Below, in pieces: positions 1 to 11,900 of a stretch of 64,000 nt of DNA. The notes under the pieces are model-generated. The model was not told the origin of the DNA. It ran no database searches and was given only the letters and a program-made list of their open reading frames with translations. Made by a program: the position numbers and the translations under genes. Each line of letters opens with the position of its first letter. Positions within the stretch are counted from its first letter, which is position 1. The DNA comes from Azolla caroliniana (taxonomy: Eukaryota; Plantae; Polypodiophyta). The stretch spans positions 19,964,001 to 20,028,000 of the forward strand of contig JBHGNT010000004.1 of the NCBI GenBank assembly GCA_043228905.1. The letters run 5' to 3'.

Positions 1-986
1 GAGTGGCCTTGGTGAGGACCGTCCTCGACGTGAAGATCGCTACAGACCCAAGGAGGATCACTATCGTTGGGACAATAGGTACTGGCCTGAAGAAGAACAT
101 TATCGGCCAGATGATCGGCCTCAGGACGACCGTTACCGATAAAGAGAAGACCCTTATCACCCAGTAGAGGACTACTATTATGACTACGATCGGGATGACT
201 ATTACAAACCAAGATATGAAAGGCACGATCAACAACCTCCCCATAATAGTCGAGGTCCTCGACAATCGGGAAATAATCGACGACCACTAGATAATCGCCG
301 TCGGGACCCATCGCACCCCGATCATCGTTGGCCGCCCCCTCACACCGAGCCTCAGGATGATCACCACTGTGCGCAGTAGTATGACGCGTCACCTCGGGAA
401 GAAACCTCCCGACCTCACCCAACAAATCAATTCGAGCAAGGGGAATCAAGCAACTCGGCTCCAATTACTTGATTTAACTGTAATCAACTGCGGCATTATG
501 CCACCCATTATCCGGCCAATGATCGCGACAAAGGGCTTGGAGTCAATATCATTACCGTTGAGGTTCAACAGGTCACAACTAGGATCAAGGCACAATCCAC
601 ACAATGGGACATCTAGGATGACGTCCATCAAGCCGCAAAAGAATGGATCGAGAAAGCAAATAATGCAAACGTCAACCGTATGCATACTGAAATGCAATAT
701 ATCATTGTGGGTACGTTAGTCTCCTCACAACCCACTGGGTCGTCGGATGACGACCCCATTTGGTAGGCACTCACCAGTTGCTAGATATCCACGCCCCTAA
801 ATAAGTTCCTGCACTTACTTCCACGGTTCAAGGACACGATGTACCAGCAAGGAGCAGGCGACTATGCTCGTGCACCTTGTCGAGCCGAGGGAAGGTCCAC
901 CACTAATGGAGTAACAAAACCCACCTGTAAAGATCGTTATTAAAGGGGGGGAGGTTCATGACTGCATTATCGATGGGGGATCTAGG

Positions 987-1447
987 TGTTAGCCAGCTGG
1001 CAAGGAGTGGAGGACAGTCCAGAATATGAAAGGGTGGAAATAATTGGAGGTTGTTATTAGGATATTAAGTAATTAAGTAGATTTTAGAGAAGTGAACGGA
1101 CGGACCGGAATCGGTATGCCGATTCGGATCCGGACCGGTTCATATTAGTGTGTCGATTGGCACCGTTTTGTAGGCAGAGTCGATGATCTATAAAAGGCTC
1201 GGTTACATTGTAAATGACAACGGATAATTAATAAAGCTCTATTTCCTTATCTCTGTATATTGATTACTGTTTTGTGCTAATTACTTTCTATCTTACGCGT
1301 GTATTAAGATTAAGGATTTGTTGCTTAAGTAACCGATTAAGGTCTGATTAATCGTCGGTCTAACTCTGTTTCACCGTAACACCCTTTGGTGAAGTGTGTT
1401 CTTTAGACACCCTGTGTTAGGCAATTGTCTGGCCCTAAGGGGTAACA
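987..1447 (+). repeat. 5' LTR of inner element
   Basis: TG...CA ends, TATAAAA at ~1189, near-identical to 8458-8918 (roughly two dozen mostly transition differences by eye). Confidence 0.93.
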
Positions 1448-1454
1448 CAGTTTT

Positions 1455-1464
1455 TGGTGACCAC
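1455..1464 (+). promoter_or_regulatory. Primer binding site, tRNA-Arg(UCG)-type (TGGTGACCAC, one C>T from TGGCGACCAC)
   Basis: 7 nt after the 5' LTR following a T run; complementary to the plant tRNA-Arg(UCG) 3' end ...GTGGTCGCCA as recalled; same PBS seen unmutated at 22359-22368. Confidence 0.7.
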
Positions 1465-1888
1465 GATTCTTGCATAAGCGCAACGAACAACGACGAGAAT
1501 GGATGACTAGACCAGCAAGCGGACCGGTTACAGATCGAGCAAGGAGACTCCCTGAGCAGTTGCGGAAGCGAGAGGCCTTCCAGCAAGCGGCGGAAGAAAT
1601 TTGTTCGGATCAATCATTTTCCAAAGTGATCAGGCGAGTGGTTGAGGAGTCACTTCGTTTGCAACAAGATTTCCACCCCGACGAAGGAAGCAACTTGAGT
1701 AGTCTTCGGGAAACGGAATCCTTGCTGCAGGCATTAGCTGCAAGAGACGGTGATTCCGAACCATTTTCGGCCTTTGAATCGGACTCAGACGGCAAATATA
1801 GCGCTCATTCTAATTACCGCAGCAGTCACGAAACCCAGACGGACCGGCGGACGAGGAATTAGATACCTCACCGACACCAGAACCAGAA

Positions 1889-2824
1889 TTGACAGAGCTG
1901 GAAGCCATAGATCGGCCAAGGACTGAGCAAACCCTAACAACCGAAGCAGAGGCGGAAAGACCTCCCACAAAGGAAGAAAGACCTCTGACAGAGGAGGTGA
2001 CAGAGGAGGCGGAGAGACCTCCGACGGAGGAGGAAGAGAGACCTCCGACACCACCAGCCTGCGTTCCAACACCGGACGACAACATGCCGTTTCAATATCC
2101 CAAGTACCGGGATGATCCGGACGAAGAAGCCCACGTCTATGCATTTTAGTAGACTTGGGAAGTGAATCATGTGTCACAACGCTTAACCGCGGCCGAAGTA
2201 GAACGCTCAAAGATGGCGGAGTTCGGCATGACCTTGGAGGGGCCCGCCGCTAGATGGCGCCTGACGCAAGATCCCAGTACCATCACGACGTTTGAGGCCT
2301 TGAAATCTAAATTCTTACATTTTTTTCACAAAGAAGTGGATCAACGGGAAATGGTTGACCTATTCTATACCATCAGACAGGAGCCTAGGGATCGGCAACG
2401 GCTCGGCTCAAGCCTAAACTGTTTGGCTTAGCCGGCTTGAAAATGGCTTGGCGGCTTGGCGGCTCGACTCGGCTCGGTTTAGGCTTGAACTTGTCTTAAC
2501 GGTTTGAGCTCGGCTCGGCTTGGCTCAAGCCGGCTAAACTGTTTAAGCCGTTTATAAACTTTAGAGAGAGGGGGAGAGAGACAACAGACAAGGGGAAAGA
2601 GAGAGAGAGAGAGAGAGAGAGTGAGGGAGACTAAATAGACGATGGGAGAGAGAGAGTGAGGGAGGGAGAACTACACAGACGTGGAGAGAGAGAGAGAGGG
2701 AGGGAGACAACATATAAGGAGAGAGAGAGAGAGAGAGACTACAGAGATGAGGAGAGAGAGAGAGAGGGAGGGAGGGAGACAACATAAGGAGAGAGAGAGA
2801 GAGAGAGAGAGAGACTACACAGAG

Positions 2825-2870
<46 letters not shown>

Positions 2871-2878
2871 ACATAGAG

Positions 2879-2920
<42 letters not shown>

Positions 2921-4137
2921 ACATAGAGGGGAGAGAGAGAGAGAGAGAGGGAGAGAGTCGAGACCACAAACGTGAGAGAGAGTGGGAGGGAGAGCTTGTA
3001 CAATGTATAGTATATAGTGGATCATCTGAGAGAGAGAGGGAGGTTTCTAAACCGGTTTCCAAGCCGGTTTGGAAACCGGTTTACAAGCCGTTTAAACCGG
3101 TTTGTGAACCGGCTCGGCTCAGTTCGGCTCAAGTTTGAGATCCCGTAAACGGTTTAGGCTTAGCCGGTTTGGCTTGGATCAAGCCAAACCGGCTAAGCCT
3201 AAACCGAACCGTTGCCGATCCCTACAGGAGCCCACATAGAATATTCAACAATTTGTAATCTGATTCCAGAGTGCACAACCAACTCAGTCAGGTACCACCG
3301 GAGGAAGAGACTAAGGCGATATTCCTAGCAGCACTCCGGGAACCCCTACGAACGATGTGCACAATCATTGATTTCCGCACGAGTTCCGTCGACCAGGTCA
3401 TAGACCGAGTCAGGGAAATGGAAAACTCTAGCTCGTGGCTGATGATGGGGGCACTCCAACGAACGTTACCGATTGATGAAGACCTCCACTTTCGACAAGC
3501 AGTTCAATGTATGACTTGCCTGAATGCCGGACATTAGGCACTGGAGTGCACCATGCGTTCTCAATGCCTGCTTTGCCATTCCAGAAACGACACAATGGAT
3601 TGGTGCCAGTATAACTTGCTGAATTGGCAAGCACCACCGGTTCGACAAATCAAACCACGGAGCAACCAGGAGGAGGACGAAGAGCGCTGGCGGCGAGAGG
3701 AGCATTACCGGCCGACACAAGATGTCCGGTACAATGATCGAAGAAACGCTTATGACCGCGATCGGTATGATAGATATTATAGATATTGGGACTATAATGG
3801 AGAACGGAATGAGCATTACAACTGGGATCACTCCCCCGATTACAACCCCCAAAGGGAAGACTATGGCAAGTACGACGACCGACTCCGACAGGATTTCTGG
3901 AACAAAAAGCATTTCAACAAAAAACGGCATTTCAATAAAAAAGGGGGTCACCAACGGGAGCCGGAACAAGGTACATCAAGCAACCAACCTAACCAAGGCC
4001 AAGCACTTACCATAGGACCTCAACCGGGTGCCGGAGCGAAAGCAGAATCCAGCAACACCCGGATGGTGTGCTGCTATTATTGCCGACAAGAGGGACACTA
4101 CAGTAACCAATGTCCGGTGAAAAGCTACGATAAGTGA
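1889..4137 (+). pseudogene. gag of inner element (interrupted by stops and a hAT MITE)
   Basis: Retrotrans-gag-like core (FGMTLEGPAARW..TFEALKSKFL..IRQEP) and CCHC knuckles (CMTCLNAGH, CYYCRQEGHYSNQCP). Confidence 0.8.
2386..3224. mobile_element. Non-autonomous hAT DNA transposon (MITE) with internal (GA)n-rich tract
   Basis: Perfect TIR TAGGGATCGGCAACGG...CCGTTGCCGATCCCTA, perfect 8-bp TSD CAGGAGCC, subterminal GGCTCGG/AAACCGG repeats, GA-rich core ~2563-3040. Confidence 0.95.
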
Positions 4138-4362
4138 CCAACGGTAAACATGGTGGTAGCGGAGGTCGCGGACATACAACAAGTGACCACAAGGGCAAAA
4201 GGAAAAGCAACGGAGTGGGAAACCCAAGAAGCCATCCAGAAGCAAGCCACCGAATGGGTAAAGAAGGCAAACGAGCAGAATGTGGCAGAAATGGAGCAAC
4301 AAAAGGAGAATCTAGAGGAGCCCACTGGCAATAGCCAGGCAGAAAACCCAACATGGTAGGCG

Positions 4363-5271
4363 TTGCAAGAATGCCAAATCACGCTGCCATTAGGTCGGCT
4401 ATTGCAGTTAGTACCTCGGTTTACGGAAGGACTGAATACGGGCATGACTGCGGTCGGCATGCCACCGGCTCTGACATTCTTTTCTAATCCAGAGGAAGGA
4501 CCGACAGTAGTGGACATGAGCAGTCCGGCTATCACAACCATTGTCAATGAAGAAGAACTACCCGAAACGATTATAGACGAAGGATCCGGCGTGAATGTGA
4601 TTAGCCTCCGAACTTGTAATACCCTGGGAATCCAGGACTGGGAGCCGTGCTCGTTTTGGCTCCGGATGGCGGACACAAGTTCAGTAAGACCTACCGTATT
4701 GATACGAGATTTGGAAGTGACTATCGGAGGTCACACATTCCGCATTTCGGCAGTAGTCCTCCAACTCAATGCACAAGGAGCATACCCATTGTTGCTGGGC
4801 CGGCCATGGTTAAAAACAACGCACATCAAGCAAAACTGGTGGAAAAAAATAATCACTTTCCGGCGCGGCAAAGCGAAAGTACAAGTACCTACACAACCAC
4901 GTTCAAGTACTGGCAAGGAGCTGACACCGATGTATGTGGAATGTGTCAACATGCTTGAAGGATTGACTGATGAGGAGGTCGATCAGTACTTACAGGAGAA
5001 TCCAAAAATTGTACCCTTATTTGAAGTTGATGTCGCCAAAGCAGTGGCACCATACATAATACCGGAGGAGGCCGGTGAAGAACCGGATAAGGAAGCCATC
5101 AGAGAGTTACGGCAAGCGCAAGAAACTTTGGAGAAGGAATTGGCAGTATCTCAATGCGTAAAAGCCTCTCAGCTGGAAGAGGTAAACCTAGGCATCGCAG
5201 AAGACGCAAGACCGGTTCACATTGCCAAAGAAATGACTCCCAAAAGGAATACGGCAACGATCACCTTATAG
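4363..5271 (+). pseudogene. Aspartic protease region of inner element; pol ends before RT
   Basis: IIDEGSGVNVIS and YPLLLGRPWL motifs, followed by LEEVNLG..PVHIAKEM (pre-RT linker); sequence then jumps to the accessory ORF. Confidence 0.85.
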
Positions 5272-5313
5272 TACACGACGTTCGCATGCGCAAGAATCGA
5301 GAAAGGCACGAAC

Positions 5314-8030
5314 ATGCAGAAAGAAAACCTACACCGTATAGAGGCCTTCTCATTTCGCGAACAGAGAATTGCAAATGCACACAGTCGATTGAAGATAATC
5401 AGACGCGAGCACCCAGAGCCCCCTAACGCACCTACCTCACCAACAACCACCAACTCAGAAGGAGAAATGGATTGCATGACGCTCTCGGAGGCAGCCAAGA
5501 TGTGGTTAAAGCAACACGGATTGGAAGGATTCTTAAGGATCATGGAGGCACCACCACACAAAGAGGTAGAAAGGGTTGTCAAAGCCATCAACACAGAAGT
5601 AATCACAGAGGAGGCCATCCGTGCCCTGACGGGCCTACCCGAGGGCGACATCTTCACCATCGACAACCCTACCCCAGAGCAGCTCATGAAATACTTCGGT
5701 GAGTACTCTCTGGCCAATAAGGCATATCACACACAGGGCGGCGAGGATGGCTTATTTCGAGAGATTGCTCGTGTACTGCATGAGTATGGCCATGTGTATC
5801 CTCGACCCCCGACAATGCATAGGAATAGAGCCGGGTTAATTATGGCCACATATGAAGGTATATAGGTGGACTGGTCGGTGCTGATCGCCGACGGACTGCG
5901 CACGACCATCGAATCGGTAAGAGGGAAGGATGGAAGAAAAATATGGTCGGCGATGGCGCAATGGCTCACACTGTTAGCACCACCAGTGGAGCGCAACACG
6001 GCAAAGAAGTGGGGAAGAACAACCGAAGGAACCTCCAAACCGGCTTCGAAATGGCAACAGCTATTGGCTGCTAAGGCAACCAAGGGGAAGGAGGCCGACA
6101 CTGAGAAAACGACGAACGAGCGGCCTAGCCAGGCGGAGACGCAGGACGCAACACTGGCACGGCCAATAAAAATTACATTTCGCCGACCGGGTCAACAAGA
6201 GCTAGATCCCTTGGCCATGAAAATCAATCTTGGGACTTAGGAGGAGGAAACGGCGGAGGAGCCCAATGAGCACCTCCAGTGGCGCCAAAAGAAGGGCACT
6301 GCAGACCATGCTAGGAAGCAATCGGGTCCAGAAAAGGATAGGACGCCGATACCCCGCACTGAGGGCCCAGAGCCAAGGTTGGAAGCGGAACCGGTTCAAA
6401 CAGAACCGGTGACAGAAGTCCCCGCGCCGCAGGCTCCGCCGATGGGTCAGAGCATGACAAGACCCTTGATTTAGGAGCCGGTGATTCAGTTGCCTACATC
6501 ACCGGCACAACAGGACCAACCAGAGCTGGAACGGCTGACTCAGGCACAACCAGAGCCGGTGCTGCCAAGTGGTACCTAGCTAGAGCCAAAGTTGTCAACC
6601 AGACCAGATCGGACACTGGCAAGCGCAGAAATCGGCCAACCCTCCGCGCCGACACAGCCACAAGACACCGATAGCCAATGGCTGTGGTGGATTAGTGAGC
6701 AAATAGCTGGAGTGGTCCATTATATGGAGGCAAAGGAGAAACCACAAGTGAACCGGTTGCTAGCCACAACCGGAGAACTAGAGAAGGCCTGATCAAGGAT
6801 CCGGAGCTTGGAACGAGAAGTGGAAATAGCCAAGGAAGAATTGGCTAAGAAGGTCATCACAGGACCCCAGGAGCAGGAACCGGTGGCTCCGGTACATGTA
6901 CAGAATAATGAAACACCGACAACTGTACATAATAACACGACCCCAGTGCCGGGAACAAACCCGGATATAATTATAGCGCAAGTGCAAGAGCTTGCCGTTC
7001 TCAAAGAAGACCTGGCCGCACAGGATGCATTACGGGCTAGGGACAGAATTAAAAATGGTGGCGGAGGAGGAACAACAGAAGACTGCTGACAATCTCTGAC
7101 GAGCAAAAGAAAGTCTGCGGAAGGGACACCAAGCCTATGACCGGCTTAAGGAAGAGAAAGAAAAAGTGATGCAAGAGAAGGATAAACTCCGAAGGATGGC
7201 GGAAATGGAGATCGAGAGACTCAAAGAAGAGTTTCGGCAACAAAAGGATAGGGAAGACCGAGCTCGCCGCCAGCTCAATCAGAAGTTGAAGCAGAAATCA
7301 GAAGAGTTTGACTGCCTGCATCGAGATTATAAACATGTTGAGTCGGAATACAAGAAGCTCATTACCGACAATGACCGGCAATAGGAGAAGATATTCGAGT
7401 TCTGAAATGAAGTGCAACGAGCGGAGACGACACTAGTGGAAGAATGGGTTGAGAAGGAAACCATACGAGCTGAAGCGGCGAAGGAACGCATGGAACTCCA
7501 GATGCAACATCAGGGGGAAACGGAACGCGCTACCATGGTCTTACAAAGAGTGCAGACAACGTATTAGAATCAACTAGTGTGCTACAAGGACCAGGAGGTG
7601 GTAACGACGAACCTGAGTAAACAGTTGAAAGATGACCAGCAGACCGCTGAAGACAAATCAAAGATGGGGTTGGAGCGGATCCGGTGCATTGTACATGCAT
7701 GGAAGAATCGAACGAAGCGTTTGATTGAAGACAACTCAATATTATGGTGGTCAAAATGGGCGAAGCATGCTGCCGAATTACAGTTGTTGAGGGCGGACGT
7801 GGAAAACCGGCAGAAAGAAGGCGATGAGTTCTATAAGCTAGAAAAGGAAGACTTTGCTGCCATGAAAGATGAATTGGCGGAGGACTTCGTAGCATTGGCT
7901 GATGAACAGATAACGGTGGTCCGGCAGCTCGTGGCACAACTAGACGATGATCGGCTGGATAACCAGATCTAGTTTGAAAGTTACGAAAAGGAGAGGCTAC
8001 AACAAGAAGCGATGAAGAGCACGACAACAA
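5314..8030 (+). pseudogene. Accessory ORF of inner element (N-terminal globular domain, Pro/Glu-rich linker, long coiled coil), fragmented
   Basis: Chain of + strand ORF pieces 5314-7972; homologous to the outer element accessory ORF at both ends. Confidence 0.7.
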
Positions 8031-8414
8031 TCAATCTCAGTGATGAAGAGCCATCGTCGGAGCAAGGGACGGACAGAGCCAAGGCCGGGACAAGCCAACC
8101 GGATGTAACTTAGGAGGAGCAGCCAAGGGAGGAAGAGCCGTAACAACCACCGGCACCGAGAGTGGAGCAGCAACCATCGGAGGAGCAATGCCCAGAAGAG
8201 CCAGAGACCGCGCAATAGCAGGACTCACATCAACAACCAACGGAGCAACAACCGGAGAAACAACAATAGCCAATAGAGCAGCAGCCGGAGCAGCAATAGG
8301 AGGAGCAACAACAACAGGAGGAGCAACAACAGTCTGATCAACCTTCCGAAGAACCCTTAGAGCCCCTCGATCAAAGCATTTTGGACATTTTGGACGAGGA
8401 TTGAAGCCCGGATA

Positions 8415-8455
8415 GTGGGATTCGACGTACAAGGTACTGTCCCACGGGCGTGCCA
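8415..8455 (+). promoter_or_regulatory. tRNA-Arg(UCU)-like 3' end (antisense PBS) occupying the PPT position of the inner element
   Basis: GTGGGATTCGA-CGTACAAGGTACT-GTCCCACGGGCGTGCCA, 2 nt before the 3' LTR; no polypurine tract present. Confidence 0.8.
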
Positions 8456-8457
8456 TG

Positions 8458-8918
8458 TGTTAACCAGCCGACAAGGAGTGGAGGGCAGTTCAGAATATAA
8501 AAGGGTAGAAATAATCGGAGGCTGTTATTAGGATATTAAGTAATTAAGTAGATTTTAGAGAAGTGAACGGAAGGACCGGAATCGGTATGCCGATCCGAAT
8601 CCGGACCGGTTCATATTAGTGTGTCGGTTGGCACCGTTTTGTAGGCAGAGCCGGTGATCTATAAAAAGGCCCGGTTACATTGTAAATGACGACGGATAAT
8701 TAATAAAGCTCTATTTCCTTATCTCTGTGTATTGATTACTGTTTTGTGCTAATTACTTTCTATCTTACGCGTGTATTAAGATTAAGGATCTGTTGCTTAA
8801 GTAACCGATTAAGGTCTGATTAATTGTCGGTCTAACTCTGTTTCATCGTACACCCTTTGGTGAAGTGTGTTCTGTAGACACCTTGTGTTAGGCGATTGTC
8901 CGGCCCTAAGGAGTAACA
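8458..8918 (+). repeat. 3' LTR of inner element
   Basis: Direct repeat of 987-1447. Confidence 0.93.
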
Positions 8919-11900
8919 TTAGGGTCAATGTCATTAGCGAAGCCACATGTCGTGATCTCAACATCACCCAATGGGAGCCATGCCCCTTTTCGCTATGTAT
9001 GTCCGGCCAATGGGTTTAATTCGAGACCTTGATTTTTTTCTGGGAGGCCACACCTTCACGATTTCAATGGTGGTGTTACGCCTCGACGCTCCTGGCACTT
9101 ACATGATGTCGCTCAATCGTCCTTGGTTACGCACGACCAACATTAAGCAACATTGGTAGCAAAATATGATCTCGTTCCGGTGCGGGAAAACCTAGGTCCA
9201 TGTCATCACGGAGGAGCGAATCTATACCCCACAAGCCACCACTCTGTTATACGCGGAAGTCATTCACATGCTCAATGGATTCATGACGAGGAAGTCGACC
9301 ACTTCTTGGAGGACCACCCGACGATTGTTCCACTGTTCGATATCGACATTGTAACAACCATCGGCCCTTATGAGCCAACCAAAGAAGAGAGAGATATCGA
9401 TCGAGAGCCTGATCCGAAAAATCGGTCGAAGAATTACGATATGCATGCAAAGCGCTCAAATGAGAGCTTGCCATATCTCAATGTGTGAAGGCATCAACAC
9501 TAGATGAGATTAATCTCGTCACCACTACGGATCCACGAACATTGAATATAACAAAAGAGATGGTTCCCGATGAATGCTCGGGATTGGTCGGGTTGCTCAC
9601 GGAATACCAAGATGTTTTTTCATGGTCGTACAACAACATGAACGGGTTAAACCCGCAATACTATCAACATCAGATCCATCTGCAGCATGATGTACGACCG
9701 GTACAACAACGTCGCTTCAGAATGAATCCCAATTATGCGGTGAAAGTGAACAAGGAAATCAACAAACTCCTTAGTGTGGGGTTCATTGGGCCAGTAAAAA
9801 GGGCAACGTGGTTAAGCCCTATCGTGGTCGTCCTGAAGAAAAATGGACAAATTAGGGTTTGTGTGGACTATCGAAAATGGAACGTAGTGACCATCACTGA
9901 CGCATTTCCTCTTCTGTTTAAGGATGATGTGCTCGATGTTGTGGCATGCCATGAACGCTACCGTTTTTTGGATGGATTCAACGGGTACAATCAGATCCAC
10001 ATGCGCCCCGACAACCAAGAGAAGACAACATTTGTCACAGAATGGGGAGTTTTTGTGGCAGTTGTAATGATGTTTGGATTGAAGACGGCATCGGCCACCT
10101 TCCAATGTATCATCGCCGAAATTTTCGACTACATCCTGACCTTCATGCAAGTGTTTCTCGACAATTTTGCCGTGTATAGTCGACAAATAGAGCATCTCAA
10201 CTAGTTACGCCTCTGCCTCGATCATTCTCGACAAGCTCGTCTAAGTCTAAACCCCACGAAATGTGCATTTTACGTCTCTAGCGACACTCTACTAGGGCAC
10301 ATTGTCAGTAGCGAAGGGATCGCTATGGACCCCGACGAAGTTCAAGCCATCTTGACCGCCCCGGCTCCGACTACAGTTATTAGAGATATGATCTAATGTA
10401 AGCGTATGATAAGGAGAAAAGAATGATAGATAGATAGGTAGAAAGGAGAGAGAGAAAGAAGGGTGTCGATCCCCCCGACCACCCCCGAGCGAAGGGATTG
10501 AGACGGACTCGAGCCTCGATCGGCGTCCCATACCACCGTCATGGCGTCGAGTCGTACCTGGTGCTGGCGCGCTCACTACAAGAGTTGAACCACCACGAAA
10601 CAGAGTCTTGATGTAGTCAAAAGATGTTGATATGAGGGTAGTTAGGCCTCTTATTTATAGTGATACCCAAGGCCCCCAGGCAAATTCACATTTGGCCTAA
10701 TGGGTTGTCTTAATCCCGAGGATTAAAAGTAATCCTCCCCTTCTTTACACTCTTGTTTAACCCTCACATTTATCCGCGTGTATAGAAATACTATGGTAAA
10801 TTCTCACCACGGGATATTATATGGTCATGCTTGTAACACTCGTAACAACAATGAAATCTCTCAACCGATTTTTTGGGGAAAATCAGGTGACACAATCGAA
10901 TGCTACGTTATTTGGCCAAGTTTGCAGCACCGTAACATGCGACGGTGCATCGGGTACCTTTCTGATGGACGGAAATGGAAGAAGAATCCTACAAATTCCT
11001 CAAGGTTATGCTATCGTATGCACCAGTGGTGCAACCCCCTGACTAGTCACAACCTTTCCATGTTTTCGTCGATGCTTCCGATGTGGCCATCAGAAGCAGT
11101 CTCATGCAAATGATGCCTCCAAACTGGTATCAACCAGTGTACTATGCTAGCAGACGACTTCTGACGACGGAAAGGAAATATTCGACAATAGAACGCAAAG
11201 CACTCGACATGATATACAACATCACAAAGTTTCAACACTATCTACTCGGCCAAAAATTTACGTTCCACGTCAATCACTCGACCAAAAATTTACGTTCCAC
11301 GTTAATCACTCGGCCTTACTGTATTTAGTCACCAAGCAAGCACTGACCGGCTGACTGGCACGATGGATGCTGCTTCTACAAGAATTCGAATTTGACATAC
11401 ACCATCGGCCAGGGGTACAACATGCAATCACAGACTATCTGAGTCGGCTCGAATAGGAGGAACCAGTTGAACCATATACGACGATTTTCTCGACGCCAAC
11501 ATTTGCGGTATCGACCCTGCCACATAACCGGCTGAATCCAAGGACATGTAGATAAACGAAATAATTCACTTCCTCAACACGAGACGTCCACCCAAACACT
11601 TGCCCCTCAATGCCAAGAAGCAGTTAGTAGTCCGAAGACGAAATTTTTGCCTCTTCACGGACACACTCTACCACAAGGGTTCGGACGGCATCTGGCGATG
11701 AGCGGTGTGGCAGTTTGAAAAGGATGCTATTCTCCGAGAAGATCATTATGGGATAGTCGACCGGCACTATTCTGGCCATGCCACGACTTGGAAATTTTGG
11801 CAGAGCGGCTTATGGTGACCAACAATGCAAAAAGACTCCCACGAATTTTGTCAGCAATGCGATTTATGCACCAAGCAAGCCTGAATGCCTCACCAACTAA

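Larger units (their letters stand above)
987..8918 (+). mobile_element. Nested Gypsy-derived LTR element lacking RT/RH/INT ('inner element'): gag, protease and accessory ORF only
   Basis: Direct-repeat LTRs 987-1447 and 8458-8918 (TGTTA...TAACA), flanks CTAGG/TTAGG (5-bp TSD, 1 mismatch); inserted in the DGGS protease motif of the outer element. Confidence 0.93.

Noticed and set aside
2561-3025. ER-repeat and LS-repeat ORFs
   Set aside because: Translation of a GA microsatellite.
8415-8455. Functional tRNA gene
   Set aside because: Only the T-arm and 3' acceptor strand are present, with encoded CCA and an insert; no D or anticodon arm.
8037-8456. Antisense hydrophobic ORF suggesting an env-like protein
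   Set aside because: Complement of a Q/E/P-rich low-complexity tail; no counterpart seen in the outer element.
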